Assembly: GCA_036443405.1 (NCBI GenBank)
Contig: JAZFYD010000074.1
Coordinates: 1-24,432, forward strand
DNA length: 24,432 nt
Direction of reading: 5' to 3'
Source: Planctomycetota bacterium
Lineage (GTDB): Bacteria; Planctomycetota; PLA2
Position numbers and translations under genes: made by a program. Under the pieces are notes generated by a model, which saw nothing but the letters and a program-made list of their open reading frames with translations, did no database searches and was not told the origin of the DNA. Below, in pieces: positions 17,207 to 24,432 of this stretch (position 1 is the first letter of the stretch; every line of letters starts with the position of its first letter).

Positions 17207-18790
17207 ATGCTCGGCCGCGTGCGCGCGGTTTGGGTTCTCTGTCTGCTCCCGGGTCTCCTCCATGCGGCCGATCCGGTGGCCGAACAGGCCGCGATCATCG
17301 ACAAACACGAGCGCGACCCGTTTGAGCAAAAGAAGCGATCGCGCGCGATGTCCGCGCTCTCCCGGATCGGCTCGGTGGACGCAGCGCGCGTGATGGAAAA
17401 ACTGCTGGAAGATCCGTACCTCCACATCCGCGACGACGCCGTCTACTACCTGAGCCTGTGCGGGTTCAAGGACCCCGAATCGCTGATCTTCCTGTGCGAG
17501 TCGCTTCTGAAGCGGCGCAGTCCCGAAACCCGTTTCCGCCTCGCGCACGCGATCCGGCGCTCGCAAAAAAAGTCCGCGGTTCCGGCCCTGGTCGACGCGA
17601 TGCGAAAAGAGCGCGACCTCCGCGCGTTCGAGGCGATCGCCGAGGCGCTTCAGCGGCTGCCCGACGACACGGCGCTGGAACCCTTGTCACGAAAGGCCAA
17701 CCTCTACCCCAAGGGACGGGCCGCCTGCATCCGTGCGATGGGCGCCGTGCCGGCGGGTGTCGGCTACTGCCTGGCGTACAAGGACGACGAGGACGACGCC
17801 GTGCGCGCAGCGCTTGTCGACATTCTCGCGCTGCGAAAGAAACCGATCCTGCCCGAACGCGAAATCGACGACAGCGTGGGTGTCATGGAGGGCATCGCCT
17901 TCGCCGCGGCCCTCTCCAAGACCAAACCGCCCGACCTCGCGTTGCGCCGCGCGGAAGGCCTCCTGAAGCATCCGTCATGGCGCGTTCGAGCCGCGGCCAT
18001 CGACGGCGTCGTCGAGATGCACGCACCGGAACTGCTCGGCGATCTCGTCGAGCGCCTGGAAGTCGAAAAAGGGCGCCTGCGATTCGATGCGTGGCGCGCG
18101 CTCCGGCGCATGACCGGCAAGGACATCTCCCCCGACGCGAGCCTCTGGCGCGCGCTGCTCCCGATGCACACGCTGCCAGACAAACGCCCCTTCCAAAACG
18201 AGATCGAATCCCCCGGAGGAACCTCGGAATACTGGGGGATCCCCGTCGTGTCCGAGCGGATCGCGTTCGTCGTGGATCCGTCGGGCAGCATGCGTAAGGG
18301 AAACAAGATGGAACTCGCGCGAGAGCGCTTCGGAGAGATGAGCAAGGGGCTCACGAAAAAACAGCGCTACGACGTCTTCGTCTACCGCTACCCGTCGGAT
18401 CATCCGCCCAAGCCGTATCTCGACCGGTGTTTCGGAAAGCTCAAATCCGGCTCCACAAAGAAAGCGGTGAAGTGGCTGGGCCGCCAGGAGCCGAAAGGCT
18501 GGGGTGCGCTCTACGAGGCCATGGCCGCGGCGATCGACGACGACGACGTGGACACGATCTATCTCCTGAGCGACGGACGGCCGAGCCGCGGCTTCGTGAC
18601 CCATTGGAAACGGGTGCTCGAGGAGATCGCGCGCATCAACCGCTGGCGGCAGGTGCGCATCCACACCATCCTGGTCGGGACCGAGGGCACGGACCGGCGG
18701 TTCATGGCCGCCCTTGCCGAATCCGGCGGCGGCCACGCCGTGGGCAGCGACAAAAAGCCGCTCGCGGAGCGGGGCGACGGCCAGAAGTGA
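17207..18790 (+). CDS. Secreted HEAT-repeat (PBS-lyase type) protein with a C-terminal vWA domain
   Basis: Signal peptide MLGRVRAVWVLCLLPGLLHAADP. HEAT-like repeats (DDAVYYL..., DDAVRAALVDIL, HPSWRVRAAAIDGV). The vWA MIDAS motif is FVVDPSGSM ... TIYLLSDGRPS. The first ~1750 nt of the 1119-aa ORF in the track are antisense to the 15407..17134 gene and are rejected. Confidence 0.7.
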   Translation: MLGRVRAVWVLCLLPGLLHAADPVAEQAAIIDKHERDPFEQKKRSRAMSALSRIGSVDAARVMEKLLEDPYLHIRDDAVYYLSLCGFKDPESLIFLCESLLKRRSPETRFRLAHAIRRSQKKSAVPALVDAMRKERDLRAFEAIAEALQRLPDDTALEPLSRKANLYPKGRAACIRAMGAVPAGVGYCLAYKDDEDDAVRAALVDILALRKKPILPEREIDDSVGVMEGIAFAAALSKTKPPDLALRRAEGLLKHPSWRVRAAAIDGVVEMHAPELLGDLVERLEVEKGRLRFDAWRALRRMTGKDISPDASLWRALLPMHTLPDKRPFQNEIESPGGTSEYWGIPVVSERIAFVVDPSGSMRKGNKMELARERFGEMSKGLTKKQRYDVFVYRYPSDHPPKPYLDRCFGKLKSGSTKKAVKWLGRQEPKGWGALYEAMAAAIDDDDVDTIYLLSDGRPSRGFVTHWKRVLEEIARINRWRQVRIHTILVGTEGTDRRFMAALAESGGGHAVGSDKKPLAERGDGQK

Positions 18791-18873
18791 CCGGATCCTG
18801 AGCCGCCGCGCCGGGACAGCCGATGGCCGCGACCCGACGTCGGAACTCGCGTTTTGCGTTACATTCTCGGCAT

Positions 18874-19791
18874 ATGCGCACCCTGTTCTGCCTCACGATC
18901 CTGGTGAGTTTCGCGGCTGCCGGCGAGGAACTGCTGACCGACCCGCCGAAGAGCTCGCGAGCGAATGATCTCCACAAAAAAGCCAAGAAGATCTGGAAGG
19001 AGATCTCGCCTCTCTACGACAAGGTCAACGCCGGCGAGAAGGTTGAAGTCGCCGAGATCGCGGCCGCGATTCCCAAACTCGAGGACGCGCTCTCGTTCGG
19101 CGAGAAGTCGGTCGAGTTGCGTTGGAACGACGACGCGAACGAGCTGATGGTCACGCTCACCGAAGCCTGGTACGCGATGCGGGCGAAGGTGCCGCCGCCT
19201 ACGCCGCCGACAAATCCCAAGGCCAAAGAGAAGTGGGAGAAGGCGCAAAAGAGCGCGCGGAACAAGCACAAGATCGCGGCTCGCAGATTCCTGATGAAAC
19301 AGGGCGCGCTGCGGCGCTATCAGAAGATCTACAGCTTGTGCAATACGTGCAGCGGCCGCAAGGAAATCCGTAGCGGATTCGGCAACCGGCGCCCCTGCAC
19401 AGCATGTGACCAGCGGGGCGAGCTGCCGAGTTCGAAGACTCTACTCACCGCGTGGTGGCACGGTTTCAGTCCGCACTATCGCGCGTCCCAGGGCAACCTC
19501 TCGCGCATGGAGCGCCGACTCTCGGGCGCACGAAACGATCCGAAACACGCGGGGCCGTTTCTCACCAAGTTGAGGGTCCTCGGTGATCCGGAGTTTCACG
19601 ACACGTGGATCCGGGTTCATCTGCTCGAGTACTGGCACGAAGGTCGCAACGACATGAAGAGGCCCCAGAAGCGCAAGCAGTACGTGGACCTCTTCCGCAT
19701 CGGCCGCAACTGGTACTTCCACCAGCAACGCTTCGACAGAAAGGTGCTGGATCTACCGCCGGCACCCGAGGAAGAGGAAAAAGACAAGTAG
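18874..19791 (+). CDS. Hypothetical secreted Lys-rich protein with a CxxCxGxK-x14-CxxC zinc knuckle (DnaJ CR-like)
   Basis: Signal peptide MRTLFCLTILVSFAAAGEE after ATG 18874. A Pro/Lys-rich linker (VPPPTPPTNPKAKEKWEKAQK) is followed by CNTCSGRKEIRSGFGNRRPCTACDQRG. The C-terminus is His/Trp/Arg-rich. Confidence 0.5.
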   Translation: MRTLFCLTILVSFAAAGEELLTDPPKSSRANDLHKKAKKIWKEISPLYDKVNAGEKVEVAEIAAAIPKLEDALSFGEKSVELRWNDDANELMVTLTEAWYAMRAKVPPPTPPTNPKAKEKWEKAQKSARNKHKIAARRFLMKQGALRRYQKIYSLCNTCSGRKEIRSGFGNRRPCTACDQRGELPSSKTLLTAWWHGFSPHYRASQGNLSRMERRLSGARNDPKHAGPFLTKLRVLGDPEFHDTWIRVHLLEYWHEGRNDMKRPQKRKQYVDLFRIGRNWYFHQQRFDRKVLDLPPAPEEEEKDK

Positions 19792-19823
19792 GGTCCGCCC
19801 CCGGCCTGCCCCGACGTCGCGAG

Positions 19824-21218
19824 TTATCGGTTGACTCCGGGCAACGACGTCGCGAGCTGGGCCGCGTGCCCGGCGTTGAAGAAGTAGGTCACGCCGCCAC
19901 CGATCGTGAGCGATGAGTTCATGATGTCGCCGTTGGACATCATCGGATCCGTGTGATTCAGGCCGAGGCTGTGGCCGATCTCGTGCGCAAGTACCGCTGC
20001 GAGAATGCGGCCGAAGTTGTCCGCCGCGTCGAAGATGAGCTGTGCACGCGCATGCGCCGGCTCCTCGCCGAGGAGCATCGCCTCGAGTTGCGGGATGTCG
20101 GACGCCTGGATCGGCGAACGCGTGAGCGCATTGCCGTAAGCCGCAACCTGATTCGCGAGCAGCCGGTTCGCGAAGACACCGAGGGCGGTGCCCTGGGAAC
20201 TGCCGCAGTCGTGTTCGATGAAGTTGTTGCCTGCATCAACCAGCGCGGTGCCGACGATACCGCTGCTCGGACCGTGGCGAACGCACATCGTGTTGTAGAG
20301 GTTCGGGTTCCCGAACTCGGCGGATCCCGGCGCGGGTGTGGAACCCGACGTCGGCCCGCCCGGCTTCACGAACGAGATCGCGAAACCACCGGGTTGCGCC
20401 TGGCCGCTGGCGCCGTTGCCATAGAACTGGCTGACGTACCCAAGCGTCCGGCGGATCAGAAGGTCGCGAGCAAGGCGATCCTCGGTCGTTCCGTCTGCAT
20501 CCGTGCTCGACTGGTGGCGCAGACCGAGCGCGGCAAGCACCTCGTCGATGTCCGATGCGTAGGTCGGGGTGGGATCGTACGACACGTCCCACTGGAGCCA
20601 CCAGACATCGGTGCCCGCTCTCGCCTCGAAACCCGCGAACGGATCGTCGCCGACGGTGATCGCGATCTCGTCGAAAAACCCGTCCTGATCCGTGGCACGC
20701 ACGACGTCGACGCCGTGGGCGCTCCCGGCCGTGTACGCACCGCTCGCATCGAGCGCCGCGCCGGACTGGTTGGCAGAGAAGTCGAACACGTAACCCGCCG
20801 CCCCGCCGGTTGCCTGAAGCTGGGCGGACACACCGGGATCGACCGTTCCCGGCTGGCTCGACGCGATCTCGATGTCGCGCACCTCGAGCGAAGTCGAGAG
20901 CACATCGACGTTTTTGAAACCGTCCTCGACGACCAGGATCAGCGACGCGCTCGCGGACGACGTCGGAATTCCGATCATCACCCCGGCGGACGTGAGCGAA
21001 ATGCCTTCCGGCAGCTGGTCGCCCGCGGTCGAGACGGACCATTCATACGGCGGGTTGCCGCCCTGGGCCTGCATCTGACGAAAGATCGCGTGCCCGACGT
21101 TGCCCTGTCCCAAGGACTCCGTTTGAATGGCAAGGGTGGTGATTGTGGTGCTGTCCGACCCGCTGCCACCGCAGGCGGCCAGCAGGATCAAACTGGCGAG
21201 AGTGAATCGGATTTGCAT
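19824..21218 (-). CDS. Lipoprotein with an Ig-like (He_PIG-type) domain and a C-terminal metzincin zinc-metalloprotease motif
   Basis: MQIRFTLASLILLAACGG has a lipobox. The He_PIG-type hallmark is GGNPPYEWSVSTAGDQLPEGISLTSAGVMIGIP. The zinc site is AHEIGHSLGLNHTD (HExxHxxGxxHD), with a downstream Met-turn candidate MMSNGDIM. Confidence 0.7.
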   Translation of the reverse strand: MQIRFTLASLILLAACGGSGSDSTTITTLAIQTESLGQGNVGHAIFRQMQAQGGNPPYEWSVSTAGDQLPEGISLTSAGVMIGIPTSSASASLILVVEDGFKNVDVLSTSLEVRDIEIASSQPGTVDPGVSAQLQATGGAAGYVFDFSANQSGAALDASGAYTAGSAHGVDVVRATDQDGFFDEIAITVGDDPFAGFEARAGTDVWWLQWDVSYDPTPTYASDIDEVLAALGLRHQSSTDADGTTEDRLARDLLIRRTLGYVSQFYGNGASGQAQPGGFAISFVKPGGPTSGSTPAPGSAEFGNPNLYNTMCVRHGPSSGIVGTALVDAGNNFIEHDCGSSQGTALGVFANRLLANQVAAYGNALTRSPIQASDIPQLEAMLLGEEPAHARAQLIFDAADNFGRILAAVLAHEIGHSLGLNHTDPMMSNGDIMNSSLTIGGGVTYFFNAGHAAQLATSLPGVNR

Positions 21219-21287
21219 GGGGAGTGAATCCCCCCTGCTTCCTTCATCGGCAGCGGGAGGGTGCTCCCCTATCGGGAACAAGGACGA

Positions 21288-21968
21288 ATGCACTGGAGCC
21301 AAGAACTCGTCGAAGGCCGCCTAATCCGGCGCTACAAGCGCTTTTTGGCCGATATACAGTTCGATAACGAGACGGTTGTCACGGCGCACTGCCCCAATCC
21401 CGGCGCGATGACGGGGCTCGCGGAGACCGGCAGCGCGGTTCTCGTCACCAAGAGCGGCGATTCAAAGCGCAAGCTCGCGTACACGTGGGAGCTTGTGAAG
21501 GTCGGCCGGATCTGGGCAATCGTGAACACCCAAATCGCGAACCGGGTGGTCGCGGATTGGCTGCGCCGCGGTCTCGTTCTTCCCGGTCACACTGCGATCC
21601 GGAGCGAGTTCAGACGCGGCGACTCGCGCTTCGACTTTCTGCTCGATGACCACTGCCTCGTGGAGGTCAAGAGCGTGACCCTTGCCGCCGGCCCCGGCGA
21701 GGGCGCGTTTCCCGATTCAGTCACGGTGCGGGGCACGCGCCACGTGGAGGGACTGGCGCAAGCGGCGGCCGATGGGATGCGCGCGGTACTTCTGTTCTTT
21801 GTCGCGCGCGGCGATCTTTCTTCGGTCCGCCCCGCCGACGAAATCGATCCGACCTACGCCGCCGCGCTCCGCGACGCGGCCAGACGCGGCGTCGAGGTGA
21901 TGGCGGTGCGGGCCCGCGCGACGCGCCGGGGCATCGCGTTCGACGGCGTCGTGCCGGTCAACCTTTGA
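21288..21968 (+). CDS. sfsA: Sugar fermentation stimulation protein A homolog
   Basis: An AAGGA ribosome-binding site 5 nt upstream. It is collinear with E. coli SfsA as I remember it: RYKRFLADI, HCPNPGAMTG, KRKLAYTWEL, RSEFRRGDSRFDFLL, EVKSVTLA, FPDSVTVRGTRH, GMRAVLLFFV. Confidence 0.85.
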   Translation: MHWSQELVEGRLIRRYKRFLADIQFDNETVVTAHCPNPGAMTGLAETGSAVLVTKSGDSKRKLAYTWELVKVGRIWAIVNTQIANRVVADWLRRGLVLPGHTAIRSEFRRGDSRFDFLLDDHCLVEVKSVTLAAGPGEGAFPDSVTVRGTRHVEGLAQAAADGMRAVLLFFVARGDLSSVRPADEIDPTYAAALRDAARRGVEVMAVRARATRRGIAFDGVVPVNL

Positions 21969-22017
21969 GGTCTTCGCGAAACAGGGTACATAGGGTCTGA
22001 CCGAGAACCCTTAGCTC

Positions 22018-22419
22018 ATGCCTGAAGTTCGACGCACGATTCACTTCTGTTACGGCCACCGCATCCAAGGCCACGGCGGCGGATGCCGGTATCTGCACGG
22101 ACACAACGCGAAGATCGAGGTTGTCTGCCGCGGGCCCCTGGACGATCTGGGCATGGTCGTCGACTTCCACGAGATCCGCCGCATCGTCGAGGGCTGGATC
22201 GATCAGAACTGGGACCACCGCATGATCCTGCAGGACGGGGATCCGATGATTCCGATCCTGAAGGACCAAGGCGAGCCGGTGTTCGTGATCGACGAGGTGC
22301 CCACGGCGGAGAACCTCGCCGCGTATCTCTTTCACATCGCCAGAGAGGGTGGCCTGCCCGTTACCAGCGTGCGCTTTTGGGAAACACCGTCGAGCATCGC
22401 GGTCTACGACGATGCCTGA
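22018..22419 (+). CDS. 6-pyruvoyl-tetrahydropterin synthase / QueD-like protein
   Basis: 133 aa. It carries the family's Zn ligands: CYGHRIQGHGGGCRYLHGHNAKIEV (F/C-x-x-H-x-H ... LHGHN). QueD (queuosine) versus PTPS (pterin) cannot be separated without more sequence. Confidence 0.65.
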   Translation: MPEVRRTIHFCYGHRIQGHGGGCRYLHGHNAKIEVVCRGPLDDLGMVVDFHEIRRIVEGWIDQNWDHRMILQDGDPMIPILKDQGEPVFVIDEVPTAENLAAYLFHIAREGGLPVTSVRFWETPSSIAVYDDA

Positions 22420-22434
22420 TTCGGAGCGCGGGCC

Positions 22435-22896
22435 GTGAGCAAGAAGGACAACACCGACGGCCGCCAGACAATGGCGCGCAACCGTCGCGCACGCTACGAC
22501 TACGAGATCCTCGAGGTCGTCGAGGCGGGTCTCTCCCTGCTCGGCCCCGAGGTGAAGTCCATCCGCTCGGGCAAAGCGTCCATCGCGGAAGCGTTTGCGC
22601 ACTTCGATGGCACCGAACTGTTTCTCAAGGGCATGCACATTCCGGAATACAGCCACACCGGGTACACGGAGCACGAACCGCGACGCTCGCGAAAGATGCT
22701 GCTGCACAAAAAGGAGCTGACCAAGCTCGCCGCGGCGGTCGCTCGTGACGGCCTCACGCTCATTCCGTTGGAGCTCTATTTCAAAAAGGGCCGCGCCAAG
22801 ATCGAGCTTGCGCTGGTGCGCGGCAGGAAGCGCCGCGACAAGCGCCAAGCGCTGAAGGAGAAGGCGGCGAAGCAGGAGATGCGGCGCTCGAAGTGA
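22435..22896 (+). CDS. smpB: SsrA-binding protein
   Basis: GTG start with a GGAG ribosome-binding site. It is collinear with E. coli SmpB (RARYDYEILEVVEAGLSLLGPEVKS..., KLELALVRGRKRRDKRQ). The tmRNA gene follows directly. Confidence 0.9.
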   Translation: MSKKDNTDGRQTMARNRRARYDYEILEVVEAGLSLLGPEVKSIRSGKASIAEAFAHFDGTELFLKGMHIPEYSHTGYTEHEPRRSRKMLLHKKELTKLAAAVARDGLTLIPLELYFKKGRAKIELALVRGRKRRDKRQALKEKAAKQEMRRSK

Positions 22897-22996
22897 GCGG
22901 ATGTGGCCTGATTCGGCCACCGAAGCACAGACCCAACGAAGGGGCAAAGCGGAGCAAAAAACAGCCCCGTGGGAAATGTGCGCTAGGATCCTCGGA

Positions 22997-23025
22997 TTGA
23001 CAAGTGAAGAGCGAGACAGAAGCTT
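22997..23025 (+). promoter_or_regulatory. Candidate sigma70-type promoter for ssrA: TTGACA, 17-nt spacer, weak -10 AAGCTT
   Basis: A perfect -35 hexamer lies 55 nt upstream of the mature tmRNA 5' end. The -10 is poor, so the call is weak. Confidence 0.2.
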
Positions 23026-23056
23026 CAACGGCGTAAGCCGTTGAGCAAAACAACAC

Positions 23057-23410
<354 letters not shown>

Positions 23411-23411
23411 A

Positions 23412-23551
23412 TTCTTTGCCCAACGGCTGACGCCGTTGGAGCCTCTTGTTCGCAGCGTCTGAGATGCGAGTCGGCCCGGCAGAAGGTTCTCTTTGCCCAA
23501 CGGCTAACGCCGTTGGAGCCTCTTGTTCGCGGCGTCTGAGATGCGAATCGG
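23412..23551. repeat. Tandem duplication with ~78-bp period, 2 copies, each with a CCAACGGCTRACGCCGTTGG hairpin plus a second TCGCRGCGTCTGAGATGCGA hairpin
   Basis: Read directly: copy 1 is ~23412-23472 and copy 2 ~23486-23551, with 3 substitutions. It starts about 4 nt after the tmRNA CCA and lies between the convergent ssrA and porin genes. Confidence 0.75.
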
Positions 23552-23634
23552 TCTCGGCGTCGCCGCCACTTGGGCTCCCCGCCGTGTGCGAAACGTCAGC
23601 CGTCGTTCGGAACGGCGCGGTCCCTTGACCTCTC

Positions 23635-24432
23635 CTAAAAATCCACCTGCAGCCGGAACATGATCGCGTGGATCGTTCCGTCGGTGAGGGTGTCGTCCAG
23701 GTTGCCGTTCACGTAGTTGAACATGGCGCGGGTGTTGGGGTTCCAGTGCCAGTTGAGACCGAGGGTGTATCCCGTCCACTCGTTGCCGTTGACGCCGTTG
23801 TCGACGTCGTTGAGGTCCGTGTTGTCGAATAGCAGCGCGATCTCCCAGGCGCCTTTGCCGCCGGAGCCGTCGAACGCGTTCGCGTTGGGGGTCACCCGGC
23901 TGAACACGCTCGTCTTCCAGCGCCGGCTCTCACCGGTGATCCAGTAGCTGACCTGGACGTACCAACCGGTGAACGACGAGTCCGGGTTGCCCATGTTTCC
24001 GTCGACGTTCGCGAGGAACAACTCGCTTTGGACGGAAACGGGACCACGCACCCACGCGATCTCGAAACCGACGATCGTGGCACTGCCCGACGCGATGGTG
24101 CCGGTGTCGATCGCATGCTCACCGAGGTTGTTGGTGGTGCGGGCGCGGAACAGGGTCACTTCGTTGCTCCGGTTGTCCCGATACTGGAACGAGACGCCGA
24201 TTTGCAGGATGTGCGGCGCTCCGTTCACGGTCTTGCCCTTGATCGGTAAACCGGCAATGCGGACGACGCCCAGGTAACCCTTGTTGTCCTGGATTGCCGC
24301 GGCGTCACTGAGGGACGGCCGGAAAATCCCGTACCCCCACCACACACGTTCGTTCTTGGAATGGTCGTCGAAGTTGATGCCGACCGCGCGCGAGAACGTG
24401 AACGAATTCGATGCGGTGGAACGCTCGATGAA
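23635..24432 (-). CDS. Outer-membrane beta-barrel porin (phosphate-selective porin O/P-like), 3' part; the 5' end lies beyond the window
   Basis: The frame is open to the window edge (no stop between 24345 and 24432). The C-terminus ...AIMFRLQVDF ends in Phe as outer-membrane barrels do. Alternating hydrophobic beta-strand patterns and Gly/Asn/Asp-rich loops. The family assignment is tentative. Confidence 0.5.
   Translation of the reverse strand, partial: FIERSTASNSFTFSRAVGINFDDHSKNERVWWGYGIFRPSLSDAAAIQDNKGYLGVVRIAGLPIKGKTVNGAPHILQIGVSFQYRDNRSNEVTLFRARTTNNLGEHAIDTGTIASGSATIVGFEIAWVRGPVSVQSELFLANVDGNMGNPDSSFTGWYVQVSYWITGESRRWKTSVFSRVTPNANAFDGSGGKGAWEIALLFDNTDLNDVDNGVNGNEWTGYTLGLNWHWNPNTRAMFNYVNGNLDDTLTDGTIHAIMFRLQVDF

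Noticed and set aside
19811-19858. 11-bp direct repeat GACGTCGCGAG at 19811 and 19848
   Set aside because: One copy is inside the metzincin coding region and one in the 32-bp convergent intergenic gap. It is too short, and GC-rich palindromic subunits occur by chance at this composition.
19953-21227. 424-aa ORF on the + strand
   Set aside because: It is antisense to the Ig-like/metzincin lipoprotein gene.

Overview
This is a high-GC (roughly two-thirds G+C) bacterial chromosomal window, densely coding on both strands. Many long Arg-rich antisense ORFs in the six-frame track are artefacts of GC richness and are not called as genes.

In window order:
- 1..29: the 3' end of a tRNA (T-arm, acceptor stem, CCA), followed by a terminator hairpin.
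- 183..1868 (+): a 561-aa Met/Ala-rich lipoprotein of unknown function.
- 1935..2775 (-): an SRPBCC (AHSA1-like) protein and an ArsR-family regulator. A perfect 18-bp AT-rich palindrome sits on the regulator's start codon.
- 2776..3176: a noncoding stretch holding a small Arg-rich ORF and a 29-bp x 2.9 tandem repeat.
- 3177..6665: a GNAT acetyltransferase, a lipoprotein, and divergently a secreted DUF4139-like protein.
- 6773..8380 (+): a GT4 glycosyltransferase.
- 8459..17134, all on the minus strand: a secreted 575-aa hypothetical protein, class-II fumarase (fumC), a ~970-aa subtilisin-like S8 peptidase, a YqiJ/NfeD-like membrane protein and a flotillin (SPFH/YqiK).
- 17207..21218: a cluster of exported proteins: a signal-peptide HEAT-repeat + vWA (MIDAS) protein, a Lys-rich secreted protein with a CxxCxGxK...CxxC zinc knuckle, and a lipoprotein with an Ig-like domain plus a metzincin HExxHxxGxxHD protease motif.
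- 21288..22896 (+): sfsA, a QueD/PTPS-like gene and smpB.
- 23057..23408 (+): an ORF-free region after smpB that is an unmistakable tmRNA (ssrA) with a ...NYALAA tag; a 78-bp tandem duplication starts about 4 nt after it.
- 23635..24432 (-): the partial 3' part of an outer-membrane porin gene.

The main hunt result is a dispersed palindromic repeat family, CAACGGC-N4-GCCGTTG, with six copies in three intergenic loci: the tandem array at 3059..3142, the ssrA leader, and the post-ssrA duplication.

Two gene-neighbourhood hypotheses are also recorded: an S8 protease sitting with the NfeD-flotillin pair, and the module of uncharacterised secreted proteins around the HEAT-vWA gene. There is no CRISPR, no integrase or transposase, and no recognisable defence island.
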